DNA of 64,000 nucleotides from NCBI GenBank assembly GCA_052168235.1, contig JBQLZK010000017.1, forward strand, positions 32,001 to 96,000, written 5' to 3'. This DNA is from Thainema sp. GTDB taxonomy: Bacteria; Cyanobacteriota; Cyanobacteriia; Phormidesmidales; Phormidesmidaceae. The translations under genes were made by a program, and so were the position numbers. Shown here one piece after another: positions 21,200-31,268 of this stretch (position 1 is its first letter; each line of letters starts with the position of its first letter). The notes under the pieces were generated by a model that did not search any database, had not been told where the DNA came from, and saw only the letters and a list, made by a program, of their open reading frames with translations.

Positions 21200-21385
21200 A
21201 TGAAGCGTCTACATCAACTCATCAACTCATTACAGCCACAAACCGAAGAAAAGACTGGAATTGAGGCCTTAGCCCAAATTTCACAAATTGATTTAGCCCA
21301 AGGTGGTGTAATTTATCCTAAAATTCAATTTCAGTCTCGATCACGCCCGAGGCAACGTCGAGGTTCGCAACGTCAGACAGAATAG
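21200..21385 (+). CDS. Possible small peptide (61 aa)
   Basis: Isolated ATG ORF in a 1.5 kb intergenic region; no family recognised. Confidence 0.35.
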   Translation: MKRLHQLINSLQPQTEEKTGIEALAQISQIDLAQGGVIYPKIQFQSRSRPRQRRGSQRQTE

Positions 21386-21558
21386 CTGTAAAGCATGAGG
21401 CTTCACGCTTTGCAACCTACGGCTTACCAAGACCGCAATTAGCTTAATCACTGTCCCCACTTGCCCCAACAGCGTGGGGGTATCCCGCTATTGCAATCTG
21501 TTTGTTTCTGTCTTCTCATTGAATTTTTCTGCTACAGCGTAGGTGCTTAAGTAAAACA

Positions 21559-21605
21559 AGCATTGTCGGGAAAGCCATACTCTATATGGCTTTCCCGACA
21601 ATGCT
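21559..21605. other. Perfect 21-bp inverted repeat (terminator or repeat-element core)
   Basis: agcattgtcgggaaagccata-ctcta-tatggctttcccgacaatgct. Confidence 0.6.
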
Positions 21606-21990
21606 ATGTTCAATTGGCGGGCGTAGTGCCATAAGTTGCTGCTTACACACTTTCTTAAACAACTTTTCTAGATCTCGGAACAACCCTTCCTAAATCCCTG
21701 GGTTTTGGGCTAATTTTCTCTTTTAATTGCTATGACTACTCATAGGACTTGCAACGCCAGAATCAAGTCAAAAAGTTTTGTGTATCAACAGCAGCCAAAA
21801 TAAAGAGAAATATATCTTTACCAAACTCAATATTTGGAGTTGATCTTGTTGAATTCGGATCCAAACATTTAAGGTTGATAAACCATTCGATAGTTTACGA
21901 AGTACGTCTATCGTGTGAAAAATCCGGCATTTTGGTCTATTTTGGCGTGATAGAGCCGTGTTACCAGTTGTCGTGATATAGGGCAAAGAA

Positions 21991-23403
21991 ATGGGCAAAG
22001 TCTTAATTAAAAATGGTCGCATTATCACGGCAGTTGATGACTACATCGCAGACATTCTGATCGTAGACGAAACCATCGAAGCAATTGCTCGTGAGCTAAC
22101 GGTTGACGATGCTGAAGTGCATGATGCCAGCGGTTGCATAGTCATGCCAGGTGGCATTGATGTTCATACTCACATGGAAGGGCCGCAGGGCATTGCCGTT
22201 AACTGCGACGACTACGAATCGGGCACAGTTGCTGCCGCCTTTGGCGGTACGACAACGATTGTGGACTTTGCTTATCAGGAAAAAGGAGATGGAGCGAAAA
22301 AAACGCTGGATGATCGTCTAGCGTTGGCCGATCCGCAGGTGTGTATTGACTACAGCTTTCATCTGATTCTGGTAGACGTCAATAAAGATATCTTGGCCGA
22401 ACTGCCGGACATTATTAACCGGGACGGCATCTCCAGCTTCAAAATGTACATGGCCTATCCCGATATTCTCATGGTGGATGATGCGGCCATCTTTCGCACG
22501 ATGACGACTGTTGGGCAGCACGGCGGCATGGTCAATCTCCATGCCGAAAATGGCTATGTCATTCAGGCCTTAATTGAAGATGCGCTAGAACAGGGCAACA
22601 CCTCACCGAAGTATCATATGCTGACTCGTCCCCGCTTGATGGAGGCCGAAGCGACCCATCGCGCCATTCGAATTGCCGAGCTAGTGGATATTCCGGTTTA
22701 CATCGTGCATTTATCTGCACCGGAAGCGTTAGACAGCGTTGTTGCCGCTCGCGATCGCGGAATTCCAGCCTTTGCCGAAACCTGCCCTCACTACCTATTT
22801 TTAGATGACCGAGAGTACGATCATCCTGGATTCGAATCCGCCAAGTACGTAATGACGCCACCGTTACGGGAGCATCACTGCCACCATGCTCTCTGGCGTG
22901 GCTTGCGGTTTGACCAGCTGCAAATTGTCGCTACTGATCACTGCCCATTTTGCCTCAATGAACGGTCAATGGGACTGAAATATTCCAAGGCGCTAGGTAA
23001 AGACAATTTCAACAAAATTCCCAATGGCGCACCGGGGGTTGAAACTCGCTTAGTGCTGCTATATGACGGCGGAGTGAAAACCGGCAAAATTACGCTCAAT
23101 CGGTTTGTTCAGCTCGTTTCAACCGCCCCAGCTAAGATGTTTGGCCTATTTCCCCGCAAAGGCACGATTGCCGTGGGCAGCGACGCTGACATCGTTTTAT
23201 TTAATCCCAATGCAACACAGGTGCTAAGCGCTGCAACCCACCACTCCCGAGTGGACTACAGTATGTTTGAAGGACGAGAAGTGACGGGTAAAGTCGAAAA
23301 AGTGTTTCTACGGGGGAAACTGCTCGTAGATGGCGAACAGTGGCACGGCGAGAAAGGCTATGGCAGCTTTCTAAAGCGATCTGCCTCGGGGCGTGTGCTG
23401 TAA
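21991..23403 (+). CDS. hydA: Dihydropyrimidinase (D-hydantoinase)
   Basis: PGGIDVHTH, SSFKMYMAY, HAENG, AETCPHYL, ATDHCPF and IPNGAPGVE motifs. Confidence 0.93.
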   Translation: MGKVLIKNGRIITAVDDYIADILIVDETIEAIARELTVDDAEVHDASGCIVMPGGIDVHTHMEGPQGIAVNCDDYESGTVAAAFGGTTTIVDFAYQEKGDGAKKTLDDRLALADPQVCIDYSFHLILVDVNKDILAELPDIINRDGISSFKMYMAYPDILMVDDAAIFRTMTTVGQHGGMVNLHAENGYVIQALIEDALEQGNTSPKYHMLTRPRLMEAEATHRAIRIAELVDIPVYIVHLSAPEALDSVVAARDRGIPAFAETCPHYLFLDDREYDHPGFESAKYVMTPPLREHHCHHALWRGLRFDQLQIVATDHCPFCLNERSMGLKYSKALGKDNFNKIPNGAPGVETRLVLLYDGGVKTGKITLNRFVQLVSTAPAKMFGLFPRKGTIAVGSDADIVLFNPNATQVLSAATHHSRVDYSMFEGREVTGKVEKVFLRGKLLVDGEQWHGEKGYGSFLKRSASGRVL

Positions 23404-23449
23404 ACTGCAAGCCAGCTCAATTTCAAGAAATGTCAACCGGATCGGCTGA

Positions 23450-23699
23450 AAGAGAAGGAACACTCTACTCGCTGTTCTTGAGCCATGTCCCGATCTCATT
23501 CACATGTGCAGGGTTAAGGTCTAGATGATCGGGAGCCGGATGCGGGGAAACTCGCACGTCCGAATCTATAGTGATTCCAGTTAAGAGTGAGAGAACGAGA
23601 GAGGAGAGTGCCTCAGGATGAGGCACTCTCCTCTCTCGTTCTTATTTAGAACCGCTATAACAGGGAAGGACGCTGGGTAATACCAGCCCTTGACTCTAC
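23450..23699 (+). mobile_element. Degenerate group II intron 3' fragment (HNH remnant, domain V, domain VI)
   Basis: 34-nt domain V gagccggatgcggggaaactcgcacgtccgaatc (23533-23566); domain VI-like stem ending ...cccttgactctac (23699); upstream frame LLAVLEPCPDLIHM resembles a decayed HNH tail. Confidence 0.8.
23567..23659. mobile_element. MITE-like element with TA-flanked TIRs and internal hairpin
   Basis: TIRs TATAGTGATTCCAGTTAAGA / rc TATAGCGGTTCTAAATAAGA (15/20 identical); long internal perfect hairpin with GGA loop. Confidence 0.7.
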
Positions 23700-23765
23700 C
23701 AGATGGGTAGGAGGGTGTTGGGTTCGGGATCCTAGGTATTGGGTAGTGGGTACTGGGTACTGGGT

Positions 23766-25481
23766 CTAAGGCTGTGGGTTGAGTTGGAGAGCGGCGGTGA
23801 GGGCGGCTTGGTGGACTTGTTGCCAGGGGATTTGGTGTTGATGTGCGATCGCAGCGCAGTCTTCATATTCTGGCTGGAGATTGAGAATTGGACTACCGGG
23901 TTGCCGCTGGGCCATTTTTACTCGTACCGTACCATAATCAGTCTCGACCGTTTGCCAAAAGCGATGGAGTACGGTGCGCTGCTGGGTGGTTCGGCGAATG
24001 CCGAGCGTAGTCGTTTCAGCGAAGATCACCTGTTCACAGGCTTGCACGTGATCCGGTGGGCAAATCACAGAAAGCAAGATGCCAGGGCGGGATTTTTTCA
24101 TGCCGATCGCCTGGGTGAACACGTCTAGGGCTCCGATTTGGAATAGCTTGTCGTAAATGTAGCCAATGGCTTGGGGATTGAGGTCGTCGAGTTGGGTTTG
24201 GAGGAGAGTGATGGTGTCGGTGGGGGAAGGGTGAGGGGTGAAGAGTGAGGAGGGAGGAGTAGATGGGTGAGTGGGTGGATGGGTAGATGAGGGAGAGGAG
24301 GAGGAGTGGGTGATTGATGGTTGATGGGGGGAGGGGCGAGAAGGAGAGGGGGAGAGAGGAGTAGATGGGTGAGTGGGTGTATGGGTGGATGAGTGGATGG
24401 GGTGGGTGTGGAGAGTGGTGTGGGTATTTTTAGCGGTAACGGTAGGGGTATTAGGGGTGATGCCGAGCCAGAGGCGAACCATATTGGGAATGGGGAGAGT
24501 GCGGGTACCTGCGCCGAGGCCGATTTTTTGCAGGGTCATGGGGGGTGGATCGCCGAAGTGAGTTGCGATCGCAGTGACAATGGCAGCTCCAGTGGGTGTG
24601 ACCAGTTCGCGCTGGATACCGTTGCTGTAGATGGGAATTTGTCTAAGCTCATAGAGCTTTAGAACAGCCGGTGTGGGGACAGGTAGAATGCCGTGAGCTG
24701 CCCGGACAGTGCCGCCTCCTGTGGGCAGGGGAGAGCAGTACAGCTCGTCAATGCCGAGCCAGTCAAGGCCCAGGCAGGTGCCGACAATATCGACTATGGC
24801 ATCGGTTGCGCCGACTTCGTGAAAGTGGACTTGGTCGGGCGTGACGCCATGAACAGCGGCTTCGGCTTCAGCCAGCTTACGAAAAACGGCTAAGCTCCAA
24901 GCAGTAGCGCGAGGTGGCAGTTGGGCGGATTGGATGAGGTGTTCGATTTCGGGCAGGTGGCGGGTATGGGGGTGAGAGTGAGGTGTGAGGAGTGGGGGAG
25001 TGGGGGAGTGGGTGGATGGATGTCCGTGGGCATGATTGTGTGGATGAGGGTGTGAGTGGGGGTGAGGATGTGGGGGTGCGATCGCAGCCGAGTCACTACC
25101 ATTCCCAGAATCATGAACCTGTCTACGAGCCTGATCATGCGAGCGATCATGCTCACCCTGCTCACCATCAGAGCCTTTACTGTTAACTAATCCACCATCA
25201 ACGCCTTTCCTATCAACTCCCTCAACTTTCCCCTCTCCAAACCCCACCGACTCATACAGCTCAAACGGCTGCTCTGCCTGTAGCAACTTGACCTTGACTT
25301 TGGTGGCAACCAACCCATTGTGATGAACGGTTTCGAGCATCAGCTCATACTCGTCGTTTAGTCCGAGTTGTTTGAGCTGCTGGCTGAGATAGTCGAACGG
25401 GACTCCGGCATGAACGAGTGCTCCCAAGCACATGTCTCCGGCCAAACCCGATGGACAGTCTAAATAGGCAATTTTCTTCAT
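23766..25481 (-). CDS. larC: Nickel pincer cofactor biosynthesis protein LarC with low-complexity His/Pro/Ser inserts
   Basis: [48 protein letters not shown] and PEYEDC motifs. Confidence 0.93.
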   Translation of the reverse strand: MKKIAYLDCPSGLAGDMCLGALVHAGVPFDYLSQQLKQLGLNDEYELMLETVHHNGLVATKVKVKLLQAEQPFELYESVGFGEGKVEGVDRKGVDGGLVNSKGSDGEQGEHDRSHDQARRQVHDSGNGSDSAAIAPPHPHPHSHPHPHNHAHGHPSTHSPTPPLLTPHSHPHTRHLPEIEHLIQSAQLPPRATAWSLAVFRKLAEAEAAVHGVTPDQVHFHEVGATDAIVDIVGTCLGLDWLGIDELYCSPLPTGGGTVRAAHGILPVPTPAVLKLYELRQIPIYSNGIQRELVTPTGAAIVTAIATHFGDPPPMTLQKIGLGAGTRTLPIPNMVRLWLGITPNTPTVTAKNTHTTLHTHPIHSSTHTPTHPSTPLSPSPSRPSPHQPSITHSSSSPSSTHPPTHPSTPPSSLFTPHPSPTDTITLLQTQLDDLNPQAIGYIYDKLFQIGALDVFTQAIGMKKSRPGILLSVICPPDHVQACEQVIFAETTTLGIRRTTQQRTVLHRFWQTVETDYGTVRVKMAQRQPGSPILNLQPEYEDCAAIAHQHQIPWQQVHQAALTAALQLNPQP

Positions 25482-25635
25482 AAAAAACCAGTCATCCTTG
25501 GTTCTAGGATGTCACACTATAGGAAGGTGGAGAGTTGAAAACGGGATTAGCACAATCTTTAGCAGCGCGGCTAATACGCCACAATGACGAGCTGCACCGG
25601 CGGGCTAATTCCGATAACGATAGTGAGGGGGACTC

Positions 25636-26307
25636 ATGGCTACCATTTACGAAATTCATCCGGATACGCCACAATATCGCCGAATAGAGGAGATAAAAGC
25701 AGCATTGCGAGATGGTGCAATTATGCTGTATCCAACGGATACAGTGTATGCCATTGGTTGTGATCTTAATTCTAAAACGGCAGTCAAGCGGGTTCGCTGG
25801 ATTAAGCAAATGTCAAACGATAAACCGTTGACGTTTTTGTGCTCATCCCTCTCGAACATTGCCGATTTTGCCGTGGTCAGCGATCCAGCTTACCGTCTTG
25901 TCAAGCGCTTAATCCCTGGCCCCTACACGTTTTTATTGCCCGCGACGAAAGAAGTCCCCCGGCTCGTCATGAGCCCCAAGCGACGCACAACGGGTATCCG
26001 CGTACCGGATAATTCGATTTGTCAGTCGCTGCTTGACGCGTTGGGTAATCCGGTCATTTCCACATCTGCCCTATCTGCTGGATTTCCGGATTTAGACAAT
26101 TTTGAGATTAGTAAAAAGTCTCCGGCTGCCCTATTCGATCAACTGGATAGTTTAGTTGACATCATCGTAGACAATGGTTCATCAACGCTGACGACCAAAG
26201 TGTCTACAGTAGTGGACTTGACCACCATGCAGCCACAAATTATCCGTCAAGGATTAGGTTGGAGGGCTGCGTTGGAATGGGGAGCGGAGTCTTTGCAAAC
26301 CAGTTAA
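25636..26307 (+). CDS. Sua5/YrdC/YciO-family protein (threonylcarbamoyl-AMP synthase-like)
   Basis: YPTDTVYAIGC, PGPYTFLL, GIRVPD and ISTSA motifs. Confidence 0.9.
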   Translation: MATIYEIHPDTPQYRRIEEIKAALRDGAIMLYPTDTVYAIGCDLNSKTAVKRVRWIKQMSNDKPLTFLCSSLSNIADFAVVSDPAYRLVKRLIPGPYTFLLPATKEVPRLVMSPKRRTTGIRVPDNSICQSLLDALGNPVISTSALSAGFPDLDNFEISKKSPAALFDQLDSLVDIIVDNGSSTLTTKVSTVVDLTTMQPQIIRQGLGWRAALEWGAESLQTS

Positions 26308-26588
26308 AAGACTGTCCTAGACTTTACGGAATCAAAATCCGCGATCGCAGCCTCAACCTGCCCCCTCTGATTAGGCTCAAACCCTTTAGCAGTGAACGCT
26401 ATCGTGATTCTTCATCGACAGCACTTCGTCTCCGTAGAAAACTGGACGACGCCGATGTGACAGTTGGGTTGGAATAGTGACACAGGGTTGATCAAGATCG
26501 GGGGTGGATTTCCCTACAGTCGGTACAGAACGTTCGGGAAACGGGTCAACTGGCCTGTTTGACCGTGTGCATCACCAAAGAGTTTGCC

Positions 26589-27893
26589 ATGAATATCCAG
26601 CCTACTTGTTCTGCTACCCGCACCCACATTTGCGATCGCGATCCTGCTCCTACTGAGGAAATCTCTGACTGTGTTCAGTCTACTCCTCCTAATTCCAGGC
26701 TGCTTCAGTTTATTCAGGATGAATTGGCTCAGCAAATTCACCAAATTAACCTCTCTGCGGTGAAGTCCACCGAGCAATCAGCGGCCTCACCTCCAATCAA
26801 GCCTCTATCTCCGCCTCGCCTCGCCGTGGCCCATCGGATTGCCACCGAAGTCGAGCGAATTTGTCAAAAAAGCGATCGCATCCAGCGCTCTCAAGATCCG
26901 TTTGCTTGGCAAATCACGCTAGCTCGACATCGCATCAAGAAGTGCCTAGACTACTATCGGCTCGGCTCCCAGCAGGGACGGGTTGAACTGCACAGCTATC
27001 TCAGTTCTATCGTGTATCGCTATGTGGCACCTACGCAATCTCGCTTGGGCTTTCAGGGTCGCTGCGTGCTGCTGGATGACTTCCTGCAAGGGTTTTACAT
27101 TGAGGCGCTCAAAGCCTTCCGCCGTGAATATCATCTGCCAGCCGACTACACACCGCGTTCTCGGTTGGAACTGGCCGAATACATGGCCTTTTGTGAGCAC
27201 TATGCCAAGCGTAAAATTACGCTACCCGGACGCCGCAATCAGCAGTTAATCATTCTGCGGGCGCAAAATTTTGCCAATCGCCAACCGGAGGAAGCCAGCG
27301 TCGATCTGGAACTGGCTGTCGAATCTGCCCGTGAAGATGATGCTCAGGGACATGGTCGTTCTCAGGTGATCAACCAAATTCGGGAGCAAATGGTTTCCGA
27401 TGCCGTTGATCCAACCGAGCAGGTACTGCGCGATCGCGTTATTCAAGAACTGATTCGATATTTACAGGATCAAGATCAAACCGACTGCATTGACTACTTC
27501 GTCCTGAAGCTCCAGGACTTTGCAGCCGCTGAAATTGACGAAATTCTCGGTTTAACAGCTCGTGAACGCGACTACCTGCAGCAGCGGTTTAAGTATCATG
27601 TCGAGAAGTTTTCGCGATCGCACCAGTGGCAGCTCGTTCACCAGTGGATCGGCGCAGATGTTGATCAAAATCTTGGCCTATCGGAATCAGACTGGCAAAC
27701 CTTCACGGCATCGCTGACAGCCTTCCAACAGCGACTGCTGGAGTTAAAAGCAGTTCAGTCTCAATCGGCGGATCGAGCCACTCCCACTGACACTGAAATC
27801 GCCAAAATTCTACGCTGTACGCCTAAACAGGTGCAGCGCCGCTGGATTAAACTGCTGGACTTAGCTTGGCAACACCGGAACGCCCAATCATAA
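26589..27893 (+). CDS. HetZ-related protein
   Basis: EVERICQKSDRIQ, YYRLGSQQGRVELHS, RERDYLQQRFKYH and WQLVHQW motifs; C-terminal HTH; no patU downstream. Confidence 0.8.
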   Translation: MNIQPTCSATRTHICDRDPAPTEEISDCVQSTPPNSRLLQFIQDELAQQIHQINLSAVKSTEQSAASPPIKPLSPPRLAVAHRIATEVERICQKSDRIQRSQDPFAWQITLARHRIKKCLDYYRLGSQQGRVELHSYLSSIVYRYVAPTQSRLGFQGRCVLLDDFLQGFYIEALKAFRREYHLPADYTPRSRLELAEYMAFCEHYAKRKITLPGRRNQQLIILRAQNFANRQPEEASVDLELAVESAREDDAQGHGRSQVINQIREQMVSDAVDPTEQVLRDRVIQELIRYLQDQDQTDCIDYFVLKLQDFAAAEIDEILGLTARERDYLQQRFKYHVEKFSRSHQWQLVHQWIGADVDQNLGLSESDWQTFTASLTAFQQRLLELKAVQSQSADRATPTDTEIAKILRCTPKQVQRRWIKLLDLAWQHRNAQS

Positions 27894-27911
27894 ACCGCGT
27901 CCGTCAACAAA

Positions 27912-27958
27912 CAATGGAGTGTGAAAGGCTTGCGGCACAAGCCTTTCACACTCCATTG
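27912..27958. terminator. Hairpin between convergent genes
   Basis: caatggagtgtgaaaggcttg/caagcctttcacactccattg perfect inverted repeat. Confidence 0.7.
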
Positions 27959-27972
27959 GCTAGCATATCTGA

Positions 27973-28689
27973 CTAGCTATTTTCGTCATCTAGTTCCGGT
28001 GGCTCAAACTTATAGCCAACACCCCGCACCGTTTGAATAAGTGCAGGCTGTTCTGTACTGCGCTCAATCTTTTTCCGAATTTGACCAATGTGGACATCTA
28101 CCACACGCTGATCGCCCACATATTCGTAGTCCCAAACTTTTTGAATCAACTCGGCTCGCCGCCAAACGCGACCGGGGTGGCTGGCAAGAAAGTGAAGTAA
28201 ATCAAACTCTAGTGCCGTTAACAGGACGGGCTCTTCGGCCAAAGTGACTTCTCGGCGAACCGGATCAATGACCAACTGTTCAAACTGAAGCCGCTGCTGT
28301 TCCGCTGTAGTGACGGGTCGCTGCCGCTTAAGAATAGCACCTACTCTTACCTCTAGTTCGCTAAGGCTAAACGGCTTGGTGATGTAGTCATCGGCTCCCT
28401 GCGCAAAACCGCGAATCTTATCCGCCTCGTCGGCACGGCTCGTCAACATGAGAACAAATACGCCCGTGCGTCCCTGCATCTCTTCACAGAGACTGTATCC
28501 GGTTGCATCAGGTAAGTTAACGTCCAAAACAACCAAGTCAGGATTGAAATCCTCGAACACAGCAAGTGCGCTTTTACCATCTTCTGCGGATTCCATCTCA
28601 TATCCCTGCTTTGCAAGAAAGCGATGGATTAAATTCCGAATCGCAGGATCATCATCAACAACTAGTATTTTGGCGGGAGCCGTAGCCAT
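27973..28689 (-). CDS. OmpR-family response regulator
   Basis: ILVVDDD, LDVNLPD and GADDYITKPF receiver; VDVHIGQIRKK..IQTVRGVGYKF winged helix. Confidence 0.93.
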   Translation of the reverse strand: MATAPAKILVVDDDPAIRNLIHRFLAKQGYEMESAEDGKSALAVFEDFNPDLVVLDVNLPDATGYSLCEEMQGRTGVFVLMLTSRADEADKIRGFAQGADDYITKPFSLSELEVRVGAILKRQRPVTTAEQQRLQFEQLVIDPVRREVTLAEEPVLLTALEFDLLHFLASHPGRVWRRAELIQKVWDYEYVGDQRVVDVHIGQIRKKIERSTEQPALIQTVRGVGYKFEPPELDDENS

Positions 28690-29326
28690 AACTTTTCGTG
28701 ACTGATTGCATGAACAGTGGGCAAAGTTAAAAATGAAGCACCTAATTATACCGCTAGGCTATTTATAGCAAAGCTAACCCTGTTATAAACCAGTTCAGAA
28801 GAATTACCCACCCACTTTTAAGAAAATTCTGTGAAATGAGCGGATAAAGCTTGAATATAGCTTAGCTAGCAACCGATTGAGGTCGAACATCAAGGTTGAA
28901 GCCAGCCAATTCAGCATCAAAATATTAAATCCGACAGTCAAGCCCAACTTTATTCTATGTGAAAGACGCACCTTTATGTGAAAGACGTACCTTGCATACA
29001 TTTCATAAAAAATTGTAGATCTCTATAAAGTCAGATTGCCGATCGCTCACATCGAGCATCAGATTTTGAAGAGAGTACTGTGCTAGCATGATGCGGCGGC
29101 AAAATTATGGACTTCAGATTTCAGTTTCACGAAGTTCGATTTGACAAGCTGCGGTTTATAAGCTGTGGAATGGGAGTATCATCGTAATCCGTCTCAGCTT
29201 AAACTTATCAGTCTCAAGTGTGAATCCTCGTAAGTTTTCACGGATTTTAGTTTTCGATTCTGAGCTTCGCTAGTTACACTTGATGATAAACGAGGGCTGC
29301 TGGCAGCAAATGCTTGGAGGTTTTGA

Positions 29327-29938
29327 ATGAGCGAGCAAAATCCTTACGATACGTTGGGAATCACAGAGGCCGCATCATTTGATGAGATTCAAGAGGCACG
29401 GAATCGACTGACTCAACAACACGAAAGCGACCTTAAGCAGGTCGAAACAATTGAAGCTGCCTACGATGCTATCTTGATGGAGCGGTTGCGGCTTCGCCAA
29501 GAGGGCAAGATTAAGGTACCCGATCGGATTCGGTTTCCGGAAGAGTCCACTACCCAGTCAGCCCCAGCAAAAATTGCCTCAGTCATCCCAGATAACCCGC
29601 CCAACTGGTTGCAGGGCTTTTTGGATAATCCCAGCCGGGAAGAAATTCTATGGCCTGCTCTGGCCTTTCTCTGCTTGGGATTGCTGGGCTTCTACTACAC
29701 GTCTTTTGCCCTTGCACTCAGTGCTGGCTTTAATATCTATTTTCTTAATCGCAAAGAGAAGCGCTTTGTCCGCGCGGTGTTGCTAACGGTGGTCGGTCTG
29801 ATCATTGGAATTGTCGCTGGCCTACAGGTGGGTAACTTGCTCACTCCTCAAGGCGCTGCGTTTGCCATTGACCCCAATAGTTCTGCTGCGGCCTTTACCT
29901 GCTTCCTTTTCTGGCTGATAAGCAGTTTTCTACGTTAA
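29327..29938 (+). CDS. CPP1-like (J-like domain) membrane protein
   Basis: NPYDTLGI..ASFDEIQ and IEAAYDAILMERLRLRQEGKIKVPDRIRFPE motifs. Confidence 0.88.
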   Translation: MSEQNPYDTLGITEAASFDEIQEARNRLTQQHESDLKQVETIEAAYDAILMERLRLRQEGKIKVPDRIRFPEESTTQSAPAKIASVIPDNPPNWLQGFLDNPSREEILWPALAFLCLGLLGFYYTSFALALSAGFNIYFLNRKEKRFVRAVLLTVVGLIIGIVAGLQVGNLLTPQGAAFAIDPNSSAAAFTCFLFWLISSFLR

Positions 29939-30038
29939 CTGGTATCATCCAGACTCACCATAACGATACTTTTGCTGTGTTCAGAGGGAATTCTTGAGAC
30001 AGCAACTTAATGAGGCTCAGTGTAGAGCCGGTATTGTT

Positions 30039-30527
30039 ATGAGTGAACAGGACAATAACAGTAAGAAAACAAATAAGCTGGGGTTGGCGCTCGGCTTGGG
30101 TTGCGGGATTCCCTTGGGACTGATCGTTCTGTTGTTTACTGGGGCAATTGTTTATTTCTCAATGGGGCCAGAGGGCGGCGTACGATTGGCGAACAACATG
30201 GAAGATTATGCCTTAGAGTACATCGACGATCAGAATTTACTGACAGACAACGAAAAAGTGATTGCCTATTATGATGCCACGATATCTTTGAATGGCTCTG
30301 AAGCTGCAATTTTAACGGATTCTCGCCTGATCTATCACAAAAGCGATCGCAATACAGAAATGGCCCTGGCCGATATCAAATCTATCGATACGGAAAGCGA
30401 CGGCATCGGCGGCAATATTATTCAAGTCGAATCTGTAAATGGTGATCTGATGGTCATCCAAATTGCTGCCTTCAATCAAGGCGACCTGTTTATTAAAGCT
30501 CTGCAAACTAAAATTGCGAATGAGTGA
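30039..30527 (+). CDS. Hypothetical membrane-anchored protein
   Basis: N-terminal TM; YYDATIS..GSEAAILTD.RLIYH, possibly PH-like. Confidence 0.7.
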   Translation: MSEQDNNSKKTNKLGLALGLGCGIPLGLIVLLFTGAIVYFSMGPEGGVRLANNMEDYALEYIDDQNLLTDNEKVIAYYDATISLNGSEAAILTDSRLIYHKSDRNTEMALADIKSIDTESDGIGGNIIQVESVNGDLMVIQIAAFNQGDLFIKALQTKIANE

Positions 30528-30549
30528 GCTTTTGTGGCTTTGTTTTCTC

Positions 30550-31095
30550 TCAATCTACACAAGCTGTCTGCACAAAGGGTAGAAAATGCTCCAGATCAGG
30601 TGTTTTTAGCTTTGGCTGCTTAGCTAAATCGTCCCAGCGGCGTAGGTGTACAGCATCTTGAGCATAGGATTGTTGAATAAAGGCGATGGCTTCAGCCTCT
30701 GAAAAAACGCCGCCCTGAAGTTCAAGACTCCGCTTTGAGGCTGGCGAGAGAGAATCCCAGTAGCTTTCATCCACGGCACACAGATACCGTTTGGCGGCAA
30801 CATGTAGCTTGATGGGGGTCGTAACCGCAGATGGGAAGCAGGTTTCCAGGACTGGTATGGCGCGGTATTCGTGGCGATCGTCAATGCCTCGAACCGCAAC
30901 ATCTTCACCCAAGTGATGCACGAGATGGCCCAGATCGTGCAAGAGACAAGCGGTAATCAGTTCCGGTGATGCACCTGTTTGTTCTGCCAAGGCGGCGCAC
31001 TGAAGTGCATGTTCAAGCTGGCTTACAGCTTCGCCGCCGTATTGGGATTGGCCGCGCTGGTGGTAGAGGTTGAGGATGGAGGAGAGGGTGGTCAT
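30550..31095 (-). CDS. phnZ: HD-domain phosphonate oxygenase, PhnZ-like
   Basis: YGGEAVSQLEHALQ, LLHDLGH, LHVAAKRYLC, LSPASKRSLELQGG and LRRWDDLAK motifs; end of the phn operon. Confidence 0.85.
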   Translation of the reverse strand: MTTLSSILNLYHQRGQSQYGGEAVSQLEHALQCAALAEQTGASPELITACLLHDLGHLVHHLGEDVAVRGIDDRHEYRAIPVLETCFPSAVTTPIKLHVAAKRYLCAVDESYWDSLSPASKRSLELQGGVFSEAEAIAFIQQSYAQDAVHLRRWDDLAKQPKLKTPDLEHFLPFVQTACVD

Positions 31096-31268
31096 AAGAG
31101 GTGAGGAGTGAGGAGTGAGGAGTGAGAGGGTAAAAGGGTGAGGGGAGGTACTGGGTGTTAGGTATTGGGTATTGAGTTGATGGTTGGTGGTTGAGTTGAT
31201 GGTGAATAGTGAGGAGGAGGAGGTGGTGGTGGTGGAGATAAGTTGGTAGTTAATGGAAGAGGTGGTGT

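Noticed and set aside
21768..22028. 86-aa minus-strand and 75-aa plus-strand ORFs upstream of hydA
   Set aside because: No motifs; they overlap the hydA promoter or start
28810..29020. HLR1 (RpaB) site upstream of the OmpR-type regulator, and naming it srrA
   Set aside because: Only weak matches to the TTACA direct repeat; orthology cannot be established without a search
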